Shown here: piece after piece, positions 39,053 to 50,470 of the stretch
Numbering within the stretch: the first letter of the stretch is position 1
Layout: each line of letters begins with the position of its first letter
Assembly (NCBI GenBank): GCA_965140585.1
Contig: OZ223269.1
Coordinates: 800,001-864,000, forward strand
DNA from: Spirochaetia bacterium
GTDB lineage: Bacteria; Spirochaetota; Spirochaetia; UBA9216
Length of the DNA: 64,000 nucleotides
Direction of reading: 5' to 3'
Made by a program: the position numbers and the translations under genes
The notes under the pieces: generated by a model
Seen by the model: only the letters and a program-made list of their open reading frames with translations
What the model was told of the DNA's origin: nothing
Database searches by the model: none

Positions 39053-39607
39053 TTGGCTCAGTATTATTACACGGTAGCATCACTTCCGATGCTGTCATAT
39101 GAGCATGAACCTCCTATTGATACACAGTATTTTCTTGATTCATGCATTAACACTGTAAATGCGGAAGATTACAGAATACTTTGCAGTGCTGATTTAGTTC
39201 CGAATGATGCTGCAGAAGACAGTATTCTTATTCTCTGGACCAGCTGGGAAAAAACACTCAGAAACGAGCTTGTAAAAATGCGTTCCGCTTCAACCGGGCT
39301 CGATGCGGAGTCATATATCCGGGAAAACAATTATTCTACCGGTGCTTATGATGCAGCCAGAGAAGCCTACAATTCTGCAAATCCGCTGTTAGGAGAAGAT
39401 GTCCTGAATAAAGCCCGATGGGCATTTCTGGATAATCTGGAAGTAGGTCATTATTTCGACCTGTCCAGACTGATTATTTACTACCTCAAGCTTCAGCTGC
39501 TTCAACGCAGACAGCTACTGAAGCCTGAAGTCGGAAAAAAGAAATATTCGGAATTATATAATCAGATTACGGATAAAATACATCAATCGTACGATGGAGA
39601 ATTATAG
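39053..39607 (+). CDS. V-type ATP synthase subunit C-like (DUF2764)
   Basis: YYYTVASLP...LRNELV..R...RW.FLD......F....YYLKL; lies between E and A. Confidence 0.8.
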   Translation: MAQYYYTVASLPMLSYEHEPPIDTQYFLDSCINTVNAEDYRILCSADLVPNDAAEDSILILWTSWEKTLRNELVKMRSASTGLDAESYIRENNYSTGAYDAAREAYNSANPLLGEDVLNKARWAFLDNLEVGHYFDLSRLIIYYLKLQLLQRRQLLKPEVGKKKYSELYNQITDKIHQSYDGEL

Positions 39608-41386
39608 ATGGCAGTTAGTAACGGAAAAGTAATAGGTGTAAATGGAAACATGGTTTCCGTCGAAGTCGACGGTGTTGTTTCCATGAATGAAGTAGCGTAT
39701 ATCGAAGTTGGCGATCAACGCCTTAAAGCTGAGGTAATTCGAATAAAGGGAAGCAAAGCTGAACTCCAGGTTTTTGAAATGACCAAGGGAATAGGTATCG
39801 GTGACAATGTATCCTTCACCGAAGACATGCTTGCAGTTGAGCTTGGCCCGGGTCTGCTCGGACAGATTTATGACGGTCTTCAGAATCCGCTTCCTCAGCT
39901 TGCAGAAAAATGCGGGTTCTTCCTTGAGAGAGGCGTCTATCTTGATGCTCTCCCTAGTGAAACAAAGTGGAAATTTACTCCGAAGGTAGAAGTCGGAGCA
40001 AAGATTGAAAAGGGCGATACTATAGGTACTGTACCTGAGGGAATCTTTGAGCATAGAATCATGGTTCCATTCAACTATTTTGATACATACACAGTTACAA
40101 GTGTAGCTTCAGCAGGAGAATACACGGTAAGAGACAAAATTGCGGAAATTACCGACTCAAAGGGAAACAAATTTCAGCTGACAATGAGCTTTAACTGGCC
40201 GGTTAAGAGGCCGATTACCAATTATGTTGAAAGAATGCGACCGACAAAGCCCATGGTAACAAAACTCCGGCTGATCGATACATTCTTTCCGGTTGCGCTT
40301 GGCGGAACATACTGTATTCCAGGACCTTTTGGTGCCGGTAAAACAGTTCTGCAGCAGGTAACCAGCCGAAACGCTGATGTTGATATAGTAATCGTCGCCG
40401 CATGCGGTGAGCGTGCCGGTGAGGTTGTAGAGACACTCAAGGAATTTCCTGAACTTATTGACCCCAAAACCGGCAAGAGTCTTATGGAGAGAACTATTAT
40501 TATCTGTAATACCTCTTCAATGCCGGTTGCTGCCCGTGAAGCTTCAGTATATACGGCTGTAACACTTGCTGAGTACTACAGGCAGATGGGACTGAACGTT
40601 CTGCTTCTTGCAGACTCTACATCAAGATGGGCTCAGGCAATGCGTGAAATGTCCGGAAGACTTGAAGAGATTCCGGGTGAAGAAGCTTTCCCTGCATACC
40701 TTGAATCAACAATAGCGAGTTTCTATGAAAGAGCAGGACGTGTTATGCTTAAAGACGGTTCTGAAGGTTCTGTTACAATAGGCGGTACAGTTTCTCCTGC
40801 CGGCGGTAACTTTGAAGAGCCGGTAACCCAGGCAACCCTGAAAGTTGTAGGTGCATTCCACGGTCTTTCAAGAGAGCGTTCTGATGCCCGTAAATATCCT
40901 GCAATTCATCCTCTCGAAAGCTGGAGTAAATACAAGGGTATTCTTGACCTTGAAAAGACTGAAATTGCCCGTTCGCTTATCCTTAGAGGAAATGAAGTTG
41001 AACAGATGATGAAGGTTGTAGGTGAAGAAGGTACAAGTATTGATGACTACATCGTTTATCTCAAAGGAGACTTCCTTGATTCAGTTTACATGCAGCAGAA
41101 TTCTTTCGACCCTGTCGACAGTTCAGTCAGTGTTGAAAGACAGAATCATATCTTTGATATTCTGTTCAAGGTGCTGACTTCTACACTTTCACTCAAGGAT
41201 AAGGACGAGGCACGAACCTGGTTCTATCAGCTTAGGCAGAGATTCCTTGATTACAACGGAGCGGAGTGGGGCAATGATGAGTTCGTTCGGCTTGAGAAAG
41301 AAATAACCAGTATGATAGATGAAAAAGTTTCCGGCATTGACGAGAGACTTGTTTCAAATGCCGCAGATGATGCGGAAGAAAATTAA
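39608..41386 (+). CDS. atpA: V-type ATP synthase subunit A
   Basis: GPFGAGKT, CGERAGE, ADSTSRWAQA, EEIPGEEAFPAYL. Confidence 0.97.
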   Translation: MAVSNGKVIGVNGNMVSVEVDGVVSMNEVAYIEVGDQRLKAEVIRIKGSKAELQVFEMTKGIGIGDNVSFTEDMLAVELGPGLLGQIYDGLQNPLPQLAEKCGFFLERGVYLDALPSETKWKFTPKVEVGAKIEKGDTIGTVPEGIFEHRIMVPFNYFDTYTVTSVASAGEYTVRDKIAEITDSKGNKFQLTMSFNWPVKRPITNYVERMRPTKPMVTKLRLIDTFFPVALGGTYCIPGPFGAGKTVLQQVTSRNADVDIVIVAACGERAGEVVETLKEFPELIDPKTGKSLMERTIIICNTSSMPVAAREASVYTAVTLAEYYRQMGLNVLLLADSTSRWAQAMREMSGRLEEIPGEEAFPAYLESTIASFYERAGRVMLKDGSEGSVTIGGTVSPAGGNFEEPVTQATLKVVGAFHGLSRERSDARKYPAIHPLESWSKYKGILDLEKTEIARSLILRGNEVEQMMKVVGEEGTSIDDYIVYLKGDFLDSVYMQQNSFDPVDSSVSVERQNHIFDILFKVLTSTLSLKDKDEARTWFYQLRQRFLDYNGAEWGNDEFVRLEKEITSMIDEKVSGIDERLVSNAADDAEEN

Positions 41387-41408
41387 TTCGAGTCGGGAGT
41401 AGATTAAG

Positions 41409-42704
41409 ATGCGTAAAGTATACAGTAAAATTGAATCAATTGCCGGAAACGTTATCACTGTCAAAGCCGACGGTATTAAATACGGAGAACTGGCGGAAGT
41501 TACATCATCACATGGGAAATCACTCGCAGATGTTATCAGACTCGATGGTGATACAGTTTCACTCCAGGTTTATTCCGGAGGCCGTGGTGTATCGACCGGT
41601 GATGAAGTTCGATTTATGAGTCATCCCATGCAGGTTGCATTTTCTGATAACCTCATGGGTAGAATTTTTACAGGAAGCGGTATGCCTCGAGACAATGGTC
41701 CGGAACTTACCGAAAATCTTATCGAAATAGGCGGACCTTCTGTTAACCCGGCCAAACGAATTATTCCCAGGAATATGATTCGTACAGGTATTCCGATGAT
41801 TGATGTATTCAACACCTTGGTTGAATCACAGAAGCTCCCTATTTTTTCAATTTCAGGTGAACCCTACAATGAACTGCTTGCAAGAATTGCTATGCAGGCA
41901 GAAGTTGATATGATTATCATCGGCGGTATGGGGCTCAAATACGACGACTACCTTTTCTTCAAAGACACTCTTGAAGAAGGAGGAGCTCTAAGCAGAACAA
42001 TCTTTTTTGTACATACCGCAGCAGATCCGATTGTAGAATGTTTACTCGTTCCGGATATTTCACTTGCAGTTGCTGAAAAGTTTGCTTTGAATGGAAAGAA
42101 GGTCCTTGTTCTTCTTACCGATATGACTAACTTTGCTGATGCAATGAAAGAAATTGCTATTACACAGGAACAGGTTCCTTCCAACCGAGGTTACCCTGGA
42201 GATCTTTACAGTCAGCTGGCTTCAAGATACGAAAAAGCTGTTGACTTTGAGGGGGCCGGTTCAATCACAATCCTTGCGGTAACTACCATGCCCGGTGACG
42301 ATGTTACTCATCCTGTACCTGATAATACCGGATACATTACCGAAGGACAGTACTATCTTAAGGGTGGAAGAATTGAGCCGTTCGGTTCACTTTCAAGACT
42401 TAAGCAGCAGGTTAACGGCGATACCAGAGAAGACCACCGTGCTCTTATGGACGGTATGATTAAACTCTATGCTGCATATCTTGAATCTATGGAAAAAAAG
42501 TCTATGGGATTCAGGATGTCAGACTGGGACACCAAGCTTCTGAAATACGGTGTTATCTTTGAGAAGGAAATGATGGACCTTACGGTTAATATCCCTCTGG
42601 AAGGTGCGCTTGATAAGGGTTGGGAAATTCTTGCGGAGTGTTTTACACCTGAAGAAACAGGACTTAAAACAGATTTACTTAAGAAATTCTGGCCAAACAA
42701 ATAA
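41409..42704 (+). CDS. atpB: V-type ATP synthase subunit B
   Basis: [38 protein letters not shown]. Confidence 0.97.
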   Translation: MRKVYSKIESIAGNVITVKADGIKYGELAEVTSSHGKSLADVIRLDGDTVSLQVYSGGRGVSTGDEVRFMSHPMQVAFSDNLMGRIFTGSGMPRDNGPELTENLIEIGGPSVNPAKRIIPRNMIRTGIPMIDVFNTLVESQKLPIFSISGEPYNELLARIAMQAEVDMIIIGGMGLKYDDYLFFKDTLEEGGALSRTIFFVHTAADPIVECLLVPDISLAVAEKFALNGKKVLVLLTDMTNFADAMKEIAITQEQVPSNRGYPGDLYSQLASRYEKAVDFEGAGSITILAVTTMPGDDVTHPVPDNTGYITEGQYYLKGGRIEPFGSLSRLKQQVNGDTREDHRALMDGMIKLYAAYLESMEKKSMGFRMSDWDTKLLKYGVIFEKEMMDLTVNIPLEGALDKGWEILAECFTPEETGLKTDLLKKFWPNK

Positions 42705-42719
42705 TAACGGACGGGCTAT

Positions 42720-43322
42720 ATGGCAAAGGTAAAGCTTACCAAAAATGAGCAGAAGAAACAGAAAGATGCTCTGAAGCGATTCACCAGATATCTGCCTACA
42801 CTGCAGCTGAAAAAACAGCAGCTGCAGCTGGTTATCCGTCAGTTTGAAGCTGAGATAGAGGCTAAGCGAAAAGAGATATCTAAATACCAGGATTCACTTG
42901 AAGACTGGATTGGTGTTTTCGGTGAAGATACAGGCATCGGAGATCTTCTTCAGATAAAGGAAATAGAGAGGGAACGCGGCAATATTGCCGGTGTTGATAT
43001 CCCTGTCTTTAAAAAACTGGAATTCATGCCTGTTGAATACGATTTATTCATGATGCCGCTCTGGGTTGATAAGGGTATTATCACTATGAAAGAGCTTGCT
43101 TCTTTGAATGCTGAAATCGAAGTTCTTATAGAAGCTAAAGAGCTTCTTGATAATGAACTTCGAACAACTACTCAGAGGGTTAATCTCTTTGAAAAGGTTA
43201 AGATACCGGAGACCAAAGAGGTAATCAGAAAAATTGGTATTTACCTCGGAGACCAGCAGACGGCTGCGGTTGTACGGGGCAAGATGGCAAAAGGCAAAGT
43301 TGTAAAGGGGGCTGAAGCATGA
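42720..43322 (+). CDS. atpD: V-type ATP synthase subunit D
   Basis: LTKNE, YLPTLQLKK, NIAGVDIP, TTQRVNLFEKVKIP. Confidence 0.95.
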   Translation: MAKVKLTKNEQKKQKDALKRFTRYLPTLQLKKQQLQLVIRQFEAEIEAKRKEISKYQDSLEDWIGVFGEDTGIGDLLQIKEIERERGNIAGVDIPVFKKLEFMPVEYDLFMMPLWVDKGIITMKELASLNAEIEVLIEAKELLDNELRTTTQRVNLFEKVKIPETKEVIRKIGIYLGDQQTAAVVRGKMAKGKVVKGAEA

Positions 43323-45160
43323 TAGTTAAAATGAACAAAGTCTCCCTTGTACTGCTTGATAAATACAGAGATGAATCATTAAAGCAGCTGAGAAGGCTTG
43401 GAGTTCTCCATCTTGATGCATTGAAAGGCAATGGTGAAAAATTCGAGCATCTTTCTTCTCTGAGGGATAAACTTTCAAGTGCTCTTGTTTATGTACCTGC
43501 TGTCAGCGGAATAGAACAGCAGGCATTTAAGGGAATTATTGATTCTCTTGAGAAAGCAGATGCAATTCTTGAGAAAGTAGCCGAAAAGCAGGCTGCTTCC
43601 GAGCGGATTCTGGCTATTGTACGGGAAGTTGAAAAGATTGGTCCGCTTGGAGATTTTGATCCTTCTCTTTTGAAAACACTTGAAGAAAAAAATCTGAGAG
43701 TCACAGTTTTTAAAGCTAAAAAAACTGATGAGGCGCTCTTCACTGGCGAAAACATGTTCAGGGTTGCTGTTACTAAAAATAATCAGTTCTTTGCTGTTGT
43801 AGGTAACGTACCTGAAAATTTAAAGCCGGTTGAAACAATTGATTTTCCTGAGAAAAGTTTAACTGAACTTAATAAGGAAAAGGCTGCGCTTGGAGCTGTT
43901 ATAAATAAGCTTAATAAAGAACTGGAAGAAATGTCCTCAATGAAGATGTCTGTTTCTGAAGGTCTTAAAATTATTAATCAGGATCTTGTATATGAGAATG
44001 TAAGATCAGGAATTAATAAGGAAGAGGACCTGTCATATTTAAGCGGTTTCTGTCCTGCAGAGAACCTTGATAAGCTTAAGGCCAAAGCAGCTGAAGAAGG
44101 TTGGGGTCTGCTTATTGAAGAACCAACAGAAGAAGATGAGGTTCCAACTGAACTGAAGGTAGGAAAGTTCACTTCAATGCTGTCTCCGGTTCTTGATTTT
44201 CTTGGAATTCTTCCCGGTTACAGGGAGTACGACATCAGCTTCTTCTTCCTGTGTTTTTTCTCGATTTTTACTGCTATGCTTATCGGTGATGCCGGTTACG
44301 GCCTGATTTTTCTTGCGGTAACTGCGATTGTAATGATTGCATTCGGTTCGAAGAAAAAGCCTATACCAAAGGCGGTATTCCTTCTTCTTCTGCTCAGTGT
44401 AACGACAATTGCCTGGGGTATCGTCACGGGTACCTGGTTTGCTAGCCAGAGCATAATGGAAATCGGTCCGATTGCTGCGCTGAAACTTGATGTTTTTAAG
44501 GGCAGTGACGAAGAACAGATTGCTGTTGTAATGGGTATTAGCTTTTTTCTTGGTATTGTTCAGCTTCTTATCGGAGTGGTTCAGAACTTTAAAAAGAACT
44601 TCCCGAAAAAGAACAGTTTCGCACAGATCGGATGGTTCGCGGTACTGATAGCAGTTTACTACCTTGTACTTGTGCTTGTAGTAAGGCGTGCAGGGCTTGA
44701 TACCTACCCGAAACAGATGATATATCTGCTTCTCGGAGGAGTAGCTGTAATCTTCTTATTCGGAGGACAGGAAGAAGGTCAGAGTTTTATCAAGGGAATT
44801 ATTAATTCTCTGACAAACTTTCTGCAGCTTTTCCTTGATGTTGTGGGAACCTTTTCGGATATCATGTCCTATGTAAGGCTGTTTGCCGTTGGACTTGCAT
44901 CCGTTAAAATCGCGGAAACATTTAATCAGCTCGGGGCTGGAATGTCTGGCAGCTGGATGATAGTGTTTGGTATTTTAATTATTATAATCGGTCATACGCT
45001 TAACATAGTACTTGGTCTTATGGCTATCCTTGTACATGCAGTGCGTTTGAATATCCTGGAATATTCCGGAAAAGTCGGCGTCGAATGGTCCGGATTTAAA
45101 TACGACCCCTTTAAGGTTAGTGTCGACGAAAGTCAAAGCTATAAAGGAGAATTTATATGA
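43319..45160 (+). CDS. atpI: V-type ATP synthase subunit I (a)
   Basis: MIVKMNKV, PGYREYD, GDAGYG, SDIMSYVRLFA (essential Arg), VHAVRLNILEY. Confidence 0.95.
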   Translation: MIVKMNKVSLVLLDKYRDESLKQLRRLGVLHLDALKGNGEKFEHLSSLRDKLSSALVYVPAVSGIEQQAFKGIIDSLEKADAILEKVAEKQAASERILAIVREVEKIGPLGDFDPSLLKTLEEKNLRVTVFKAKKTDEALFTGENMFRVAVTKNNQFFAVVGNVPENLKPVETIDFPEKSLTELNKEKAALGAVINKLNKELEEMSSMKMSVSEGLKIINQDLVYENVRSGINKEEDLSYLSGFCPAENLDKLKAKAAEEGWGLLIEEPTEEDEVPTELKVGKFTSMLSPVLDFLGILPGYREYDISFFFLCFFSIFTAMLIGDAGYGLIFLAVTAIVMIAFGSKKKPIPKAVFLLLLLSVTTIAWGIVTGTWFASQSIMEIGPIAALKLDVFKGSDEEQIAVVMGISFFLGIVQLLIGVVQNFKKNFPKKNSFAQIGWFAVLIAVYYLVLVLVVRRAGLDTYPKQMIYLLLGGVAVIFLFGGQEEGQSFIKGIINSLTNFLQLFLDVVGTFSDIMSYVRLFAVGLASVKIAETFNQLGAGMSGSWMIVFGILIIIIGHTLNIVLGLMAILVHAVRLNILEYSGKVGVEWSGFKYDPFKVSVDESQSYKGEFI

Positions 45161-45576
45161 GTTTTGGAATTATTGGTCAGGCTGCAGCACTAGGTCTTGC
45201 AGCAGTAGGTTCAGCACTTGGATGTGGTACAGCCGCACAGGGCGCGGTTGGAGCATGGAAGAAAGCACTTGCAGCAAATAAAGCACCAAGTATGCTTCTT
45301 GCAGCGTTCGTAGGTTTCCCTCTTTCTCAGACACTCTACGGATTTCTGGTAATGCTCGTAGTTGTTCCTGCAAAAACAGGCGACATGAAGCAACTTGCAA
45401 CCGGACTTTTCGGCGGACTCGCTATCGGAATGTCTGCATGGCTTCAGGGTAAAGCAGCGGCAGTAGCTTGTGATGCTCAGTCAGAAACAGGTAAGGGTAC
45501 AGCTCAGTATGTACTTGCACTTGGTATTGTTGAGTCTGTAGCTATTCTCGTACTCGCATTCCTGTTCCTTATCTAA
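45157..45576 (+). CDS. atpK: V-type ATP synthase subunit K (c), probably Na+-binding
   Basis: Four-TM proteolipid; PLSQTLYG, SAWLQG, GIVESV. Confidence 0.93.
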   Translation: MSFGIIGQAAALGLAAVGSALGCGTAAQGAVGAWKKALAANKAPSMLLAAFVGFPLSQTLYGFLVMLVVVPAKTGDMKQLATGLFGGLAIGMSAWLQGKAAAVACDAQSETGKGTAQYVLALGIVESVAILVLAFLFLI

Positions 45577-45585
45577 TGGAAGAAT

Positions 45586-45609
45586 GGGGCTGCTAAAACA
45601 GCCCCTTTT
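45586..45609 (+). terminator. Intrinsic terminator after the V-ATPase operon
   Basis: GGGGCTG-CTAAAA-CAGCCCC-TTTT. Confidence 0.75.
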
Positions 45610-45618
45610 ATCCCCTTA

Positions 45619-46674
45619 ATGAAAAATAAAACACGCACAATAAACGTCGGCAGGATTGCTATAGGCGGTGAGAACAGGATTAGTGTGCAGACAATGTGGA
45701 AACGAAGTCTGCATAATTTATCAGAAACGGACCTTAATGAAATTAAGAGTCTGCAGGATTTCGGATGTGACATAATCAGATTTTCCGTTCCTGATATGAA
45801 AAGCGCCGGTATTCTTAAAAAACTTAAACCTCAAATATCTATACCTGTAGTAGCTGATATACACTTTGATTATAAAATTGCTCTTGAATGTATAAATAAT
45901 GGAATTGACAAGATACGAATCAATCCGGGTAATATCGGGCCGGAATGGAAGGTTCGGGAAGTTTTAACTTCAGCTTCCGACAGCAATATTCCAATACGAG
46001 TCGGTATAAATTCCGGTTCATTGCCTGAGACGGTCTCAGGTTTAGATAATATAGCTGATGCCATGATTCAAGCCGCAGAAAAAGAAATTGAAATACTTGA
46101 AAAAATGAATTTCAGAAATGCTGTTTTTTCTCTGAAAGCATCTGATATTGAAAATACAATCATTGCTAATGAAGAATTTTCCAAAAATTGGAATTATCCT
46201 CTGCATATAGGTATTACTGAAGCCGGTCCGGGTACAGCAGGTACTGTAAAAAGTTCAATAGCTTTTTACAGACTTCTTGAAAAAGGTATTGGAGACACCA
46301 TCCGGGTTTCACTGACCGATACACCGCTTAATGAAGTAATTACAGGCCGCGAGATACTAAAAGCCTGTGGGAAGAGTAATTACGGCGTGGATATCATATC
46401 CTGTCCAAGGTGCGGTCGATCTACGTTCAACACTACTGAATTCATAAACAGTGTGTATTCTGACCTTTACCTGATTAAAAAGCCTCTGAAAATTGCTGTA
46501 ATGGGCTGTATAGTAAACGGCCCGGGTGAAGCTCTTCATGCGGACTTAGGCATCACAGGAAGTGGAAAAAAGGCAGTTATTTTTAAACATGGTAAAATTA
46601 TTAGAAAAGTTGACGAAAATAACAGTATTGAGGTGTTCCTTGAGGAACTGAAAGCACTTGATTCTGAGGTTTAG
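45619..46674 (+). CDS. ispG: HMBPP synthase (MEP pathway)
   Basis: VADIHF, RINPGNIG, RVGINSGS, LHIGITEAG, GDTIRVSL, SCPRCGR, MGCIVNGPGEA. Confidence 0.96.
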   Translation: MKNKTRTINVGRIAIGGENRISVQTMWKRSLHNLSETDLNEIKSLQDFGCDIIRFSVPDMKSAGILKKLKPQISIPVVADIHFDYKIALECINNGIDKIRINPGNIGPEWKVREVLTSASDSNIPIRVGINSGSLPETVSGLDNIADAMIQAAEKEIEILEKMNFRNAVFSLKASDIENTIIANEEFSKNWNYPLHIGITEAGPGTAGTVKSSIAFYRLLEKGIGDTIRVSLTDTPLNEVITGREILKACGKSNYGVDIISCPRCGRSTFNTTEFINSVYSDLYLIKKPLKIAVMGCIVNGPGEALHADLGITGSGKKAVIFKHGKIIRKVDENNSIEVFLEELKALDSEV

Positions 46675-46677
46675 TTT

Positions 46678-47616
46678 TTGAAAAAGATTTTTTCAGTCTT
46701 TTTTCTAATTTTATTGGCAACATCAATATTTGCTCAGCGTATCCCCGATCAGGAAAGAGTTGCTTTCATCGAAGAAACATACATGAATAATTTACCTGTA
46801 TGGCTGATGATGGAAAGAGGCCGTGAAGCATTTGAGCTGGGTGAATTAGGTTTAGCATCAAGAATATTCCGTGAAATAATAGACAGAGACTCACTCTCAC
46901 CTGATGCAGAAATGTGGCTTGGCTATATATATGAGCAGGAAGGTGAACCTCTACTTGCTGAAAAACAGTATCTGAAAGCACTTGAGAATAAAAATCAGCT
47001 TTATATCCTTGAGGACAGATTCACCCTGATGTACAGACTCACAGAAATCTATCGTGTTACAGGTCAGTATGGACAGTATGAAAAAATACTGATAGACATA
47101 ATTGAGAATGACGAAGGCTTCAACACAAACTTCAGGCTTTTTTATGCCATGACAGATGTACTCACTAATAGAGGTGTTGATAAGCTTTTCGAACTTTACC
47201 GGTATACGGATGGTAAATTCAACAGTGCACGTATCGGTCTGGGTATTTTTTATTATCAGACAGGACGATATTCAGAAGCTGAATTGAATTTAACAGTTCC
47301 TTTTGTATCAATTTTATCAACAGGTTTTGATTATTTATATGAGAAAAGAGGTGATTATGAATACTCTACAGTAAGAGATCATATATCATCCATGCAGGCT
47401 GATGTAATACTTACCGAATACATGCAGGAAAACAGTTTTTTCCGTTCAGCCTACTATCTGGCAGCAGCTATGTACGCAGAGGGTAATCTTGATGTTTCCA
47501 ATGAGCTATGGCAGATAATAAAAGACTTTGACAGCCCCGACAGCATTTGGTCTATCAGGTCAGCCCGACAGCTGAATTCTCCTTTCATAGAGCCTCTGAT
47601 TTCACCCCGTACTTGA
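46678..47616 (+). CDS. Exported TPR-repeat protein
   Basis: Signal peptide ending in SIFA; TPR-like helices (DAEMWLGYIYEQEGEPLLAEKQYLKALE). Confidence 0.78.
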   Translation: MKKIFSVFFLILLATSIFAQRIPDQERVAFIEETYMNNLPVWLMMERGREAFELGELGLASRIFREIIDRDSLSPDAEMWLGYIYEQEGEPLLAEKQYLKALENKNQLYILEDRFTLMYRLTEIYRVTGQYGQYEKILIDIIENDEGFNTNFRLFYAMTDVLTNRGVDKLFELYRYTDGKFNSARIGLGIFYYQTGRYSEAELNLTVPFVSILSTGFDYLYEKRGDYEYSTVRDHISSMQADVILTEYMQENSFFRSAYYLAAAMYAEGNLDVSNELWQIIKDFDSPDSIWSIRSARQLNSPFIEPLISPRT

Positions 47617-47650
47617 ACAGCACAGAAATTAATCGTAACTTTCTCTTAGT

Positions 47651-50470
47651 ATGGACAAAATAATAATTAAAGGCGCAAGGGAACATAACCTTAAGAATAT
47701 CAGCCTTGAACTCCCAAGAGACAGTTTTATTGTAATTTCAGGATTAAGCGGCAGCGGTAAATCATCGCTTGCATTTGATACAATCTTTGCAGAAGGACAG
47801 CGGCGGTATGTAGAAAGCCTTTCTTCTTATGCCAGACAGTTCCTGGGACGTCTTGATAAACCTGACCTTGACTATATTGAGGGTCTTTCACCTGCTATTT
47901 CGATAGAGCAGAAAACCACTCACAGGAATCCCCGTTCGACTGTAGGTACTGTTACCGAAATTTATGATTACCTGAGACTCCTCTTTGCCAGAATAGGCAA
48001 GCCTCACTGCCCGGATTGCGGTCGAGAGATAAAGGAGCAGTCAGTTGATCAGATAATAGATACTGTAATGTCCTATCCTGAAAACAGCCGGATAATGCTT
48101 CTTGCACCGGTCATAAAAGGTAAGAAAGGCGAACATCAGAAGATTCTTGAGGATGCTTCAAAAGCAGGATTTGCAAGAGCCCGAATTGATGGTGTCCCTG
48201 TAAATCTTGATGAACCGATCAGTCTTGAAAAAAATAAAAAACATACAATTGAAATTATTGTTGATCGTCTGATAATAAATAATGATATCAGAAAACGTGT
48301 TGCCGAATCGGTTGAAACCTGTCTTGAAGTTGCCGACGGGCAGATACTGGTAATAAAAAAAGAAGAGAAAGAAGAACATTCAGAGTTTTTCTCTATAAAA
48401 AATTCCTGTGCTCACTGCGGAATAAGCATACCTGAGCTGGAACCAAGGTTATTTTCATTCAATAATCCTGAGGGTGCGTGTCCGGTCTGTTCCGGATTAG
48501 GAATGACACTTGAATTTGATAAAAACCTTGTCATTCCGGATATGAGCCTTTCTTTTAACGATGGCGCTGTAAAAACCCACAATCCTGAAGCAAACTGGCA
48601 TAGAAGCTGGTTTGAAGCACTTTCCAGTCATTATAAATTCAGTCTTGATACACCATTTGATAAACTGCCTAAAAAAATAGTAGATATAATACTTTATGGA
48701 ACAAAAGATAAGATTGACGTCAGCTATGTAAACAGTAAAAAAACTGGCAAGTTTGAATACACAACCAATTTTAACGGTATTCTAGCGGAATTGAAAAGAA
48801 GATATCTTGAATCTTCAAGCAGCTACATAAAAGAATGGCTGGAAGGTTTTATGAGCCAGAATGAATGTACCGCCTGCGACGGAAAGCGCTTAAGAAAAGA
48901 AAGTCTTGGTGTCCTGATTAATGGTAAGAATATAAATGAAGTAACATGTCTGACGGTCGGCGACGCTCAGAATTTTTTTGAGAATCTTAATCTGACGGAA
49001 ACTGAGGCAAAAATCTCCAACCAGATTCTCAAAGAGATCAATTCAAGGCTCGGATTTATGATAAGCGTAGGGTTGGATTATCTTGACCTGGAAAGAAAGG
49101 CTTCTACACTGTCAGGAGGTGAGGCTCAGAGAATAAGACTTGCTACACAGATTGGTTCTTCTCTTGTAGGGGTTCTTTATATCCTTGATGAACCCACAAT
49201 TGGTCTTCACCAGAGGGACAATCAGCGGCTTATAGATACTCTTAAGCATCTGCGCGATATAGGCAACACCCTTGTTGTTGTCGAACACGATGAACAAACT
49301 CTTAAAACAGCCGACTATATTGTCGACCTCGGGCCCGGAGCCGGTGTTCATGGCGGTTATATAACTGCTCAGGGAACTTACGATGAGGTTGTAGGGAATG
49401 AAAGCAGCCTTACGGGTCAGTATCTGTCAGGGAAAATCAAAATTGATGTGCCTGAAAAAAGAAGGGAAGGAAACGGCAATTCTATAAAGATTTCTGGTGC
49501 TGCTGAGCATAATTTAAAAAATGTAAACGCAGATTTTCCTCTTGGGAAATTTATTGTTATAACCGGAGTATCAGGCAGCGGGAAATCGACTCTTCTTGGT
49601 GATATTCTTTATCCTGCTATCAACAATAAAATAAACAGGTCAAATATCGCCTGCGGTAAACATAAGTCTGTGGAAGGCCTTGAGCATATTGATAAAATCA
49701 TAAACATAGATCAGAGTCCTATTGGAAGAACTCCCAGATCAAATCCGGCAACTTACGTTGGATTATTCACCCCGGTAAGAGAACTCTTTTCAAATCTGCC
49801 TGAATCCAAGGCCAGGGGATATAAACCGGGAAGATTCTCATTTAACGTCAAAGGCGGCCGCTGTGAGCACTGTCAGGGCGACGGTACAAAGAAAATTGAA
49901 ATGCACTTCCTTCCTGATGTATATGTAACCTGTGATGTTTGCGGAGGAAAGCGGTTTAACCGTGAAACACTTGATATCAGATATAAAGGTAAGAACATCT
50001 ATGAAGTTCTAGAGATGACTGTAGAAGAAAGTCTGGAGTTTTTTGATAAAATACCCAAGATAAAAAACAAACTTCAGACTCTCAGCGATGTCGGACTTGA
50101 ATATATAAAGCTGGGACAGTCAGCTTTAACCCTCTCAGGAGGAGAGGCTCAGAGAGTCAAGCTCGCACTTGAGCTCTCAAAGCGAAGTACCGGAAAAACA
50201 TTTTATATCCTGGATGAACCTACTACAGGACTGCATTTCGCGGATGTAAAAAAACTTCTTGAAGTGCTGCAGCTCCTGGTTGAAAAAGGTAATACTATCG
50301 TTCTTATCGAACATAACCTTGATGTTATTAAGCAGGCTGATCACATTATAGACCTGGGGCCGGAAGGAGGAGTTCGCGGCGGAACTATTGTTGCCTCGGG
50401 AACCCCGGAGGAAGTGGCGGAGTGTAAAGAATCTTACACGGGCTATTATCTTAAGGATGTTTTAACCTGA
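47651..50470 (+). CDS. uvrA: Excinuclease ABC subunit A
   Basis: GLSGSGKSS and GVSGSGKST, two LSGGEAQR signatures, CxxC zinc fingers, [11 protein letters not shown]. Confidence 0.99.
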   Translation: MDKIIIKGAREHNLKNISLELPRDSFIVISGLSGSGKSSLAFDTIFAEGQRRYVESLSSYARQFLGRLDKPDLDYIEGLSPAISIEQKTTHRNPRSTVGTVTEIYDYLRLLFARIGKPHCPDCGREIKEQSVDQIIDTVMSYPENSRIMLLAPVIKGKKGEHQKILEDASKAGFARARIDGVPVNLDEPISLEKNKKHTIEIIVDRLIINNDIRKRVAESVETCLEVADGQILVIKKEEKEEHSEFFSIKNSCAHCGISIPELEPRLFSFNNPEGACPVCSGLGMTLEFDKNLVIPDMSLSFNDGAVKTHNPEANWHRSWFEALSSHYKFSLDTPFDKLPKKIVDIILYGTKDKIDVSYVNSKKTGKFEYTTNFNGILAELKRRYLESSSSYIKEWLEGFMSQNECTACDGKRLRKESLGVLINGKNINEVTCLTVGDAQNFFENLNLTETEAKISNQILKEINSRLGFMISVGLDYLDLERKASTLSGGEAQRIRLATQIGSSLVGVLYILDEPTIGLHQRDNQRLIDTLKHLRDIGNTLVVVEHDEQTLKTADYIVDLGPGAGVHGGYITAQGTYDEVVGNESSLTGQYLSGKIKIDVPEKRREGNGNSIKISGAAEHNLKNVNADFPLGKFIVITGVSGSGKSTLLGDILYPAINNKINRSNIACGKHKSVEGLEHIDKIINIDQSPIGRTPRSNPATYVGLFTPVRELFSNLPESKARGYKPGRFSFNVKGGRCEHCQGDGTKKIEMHFLPDVYVTCDVCGGKRFNRETLDIRYKGKNIYEVLEMTVEESLEFFDKIPKIKNKLQTLSDVGLEYIKLGQSALTLSGGEAQRVKLALELSKRSTGKTFYILDEPTTGLHFADVKKLLEVLQLLVEKGNTIVLIEHNLDVIKQADHIIDLGPEGGVRGGTIVASGTPEEVAECKESYTGYYLKDVLT

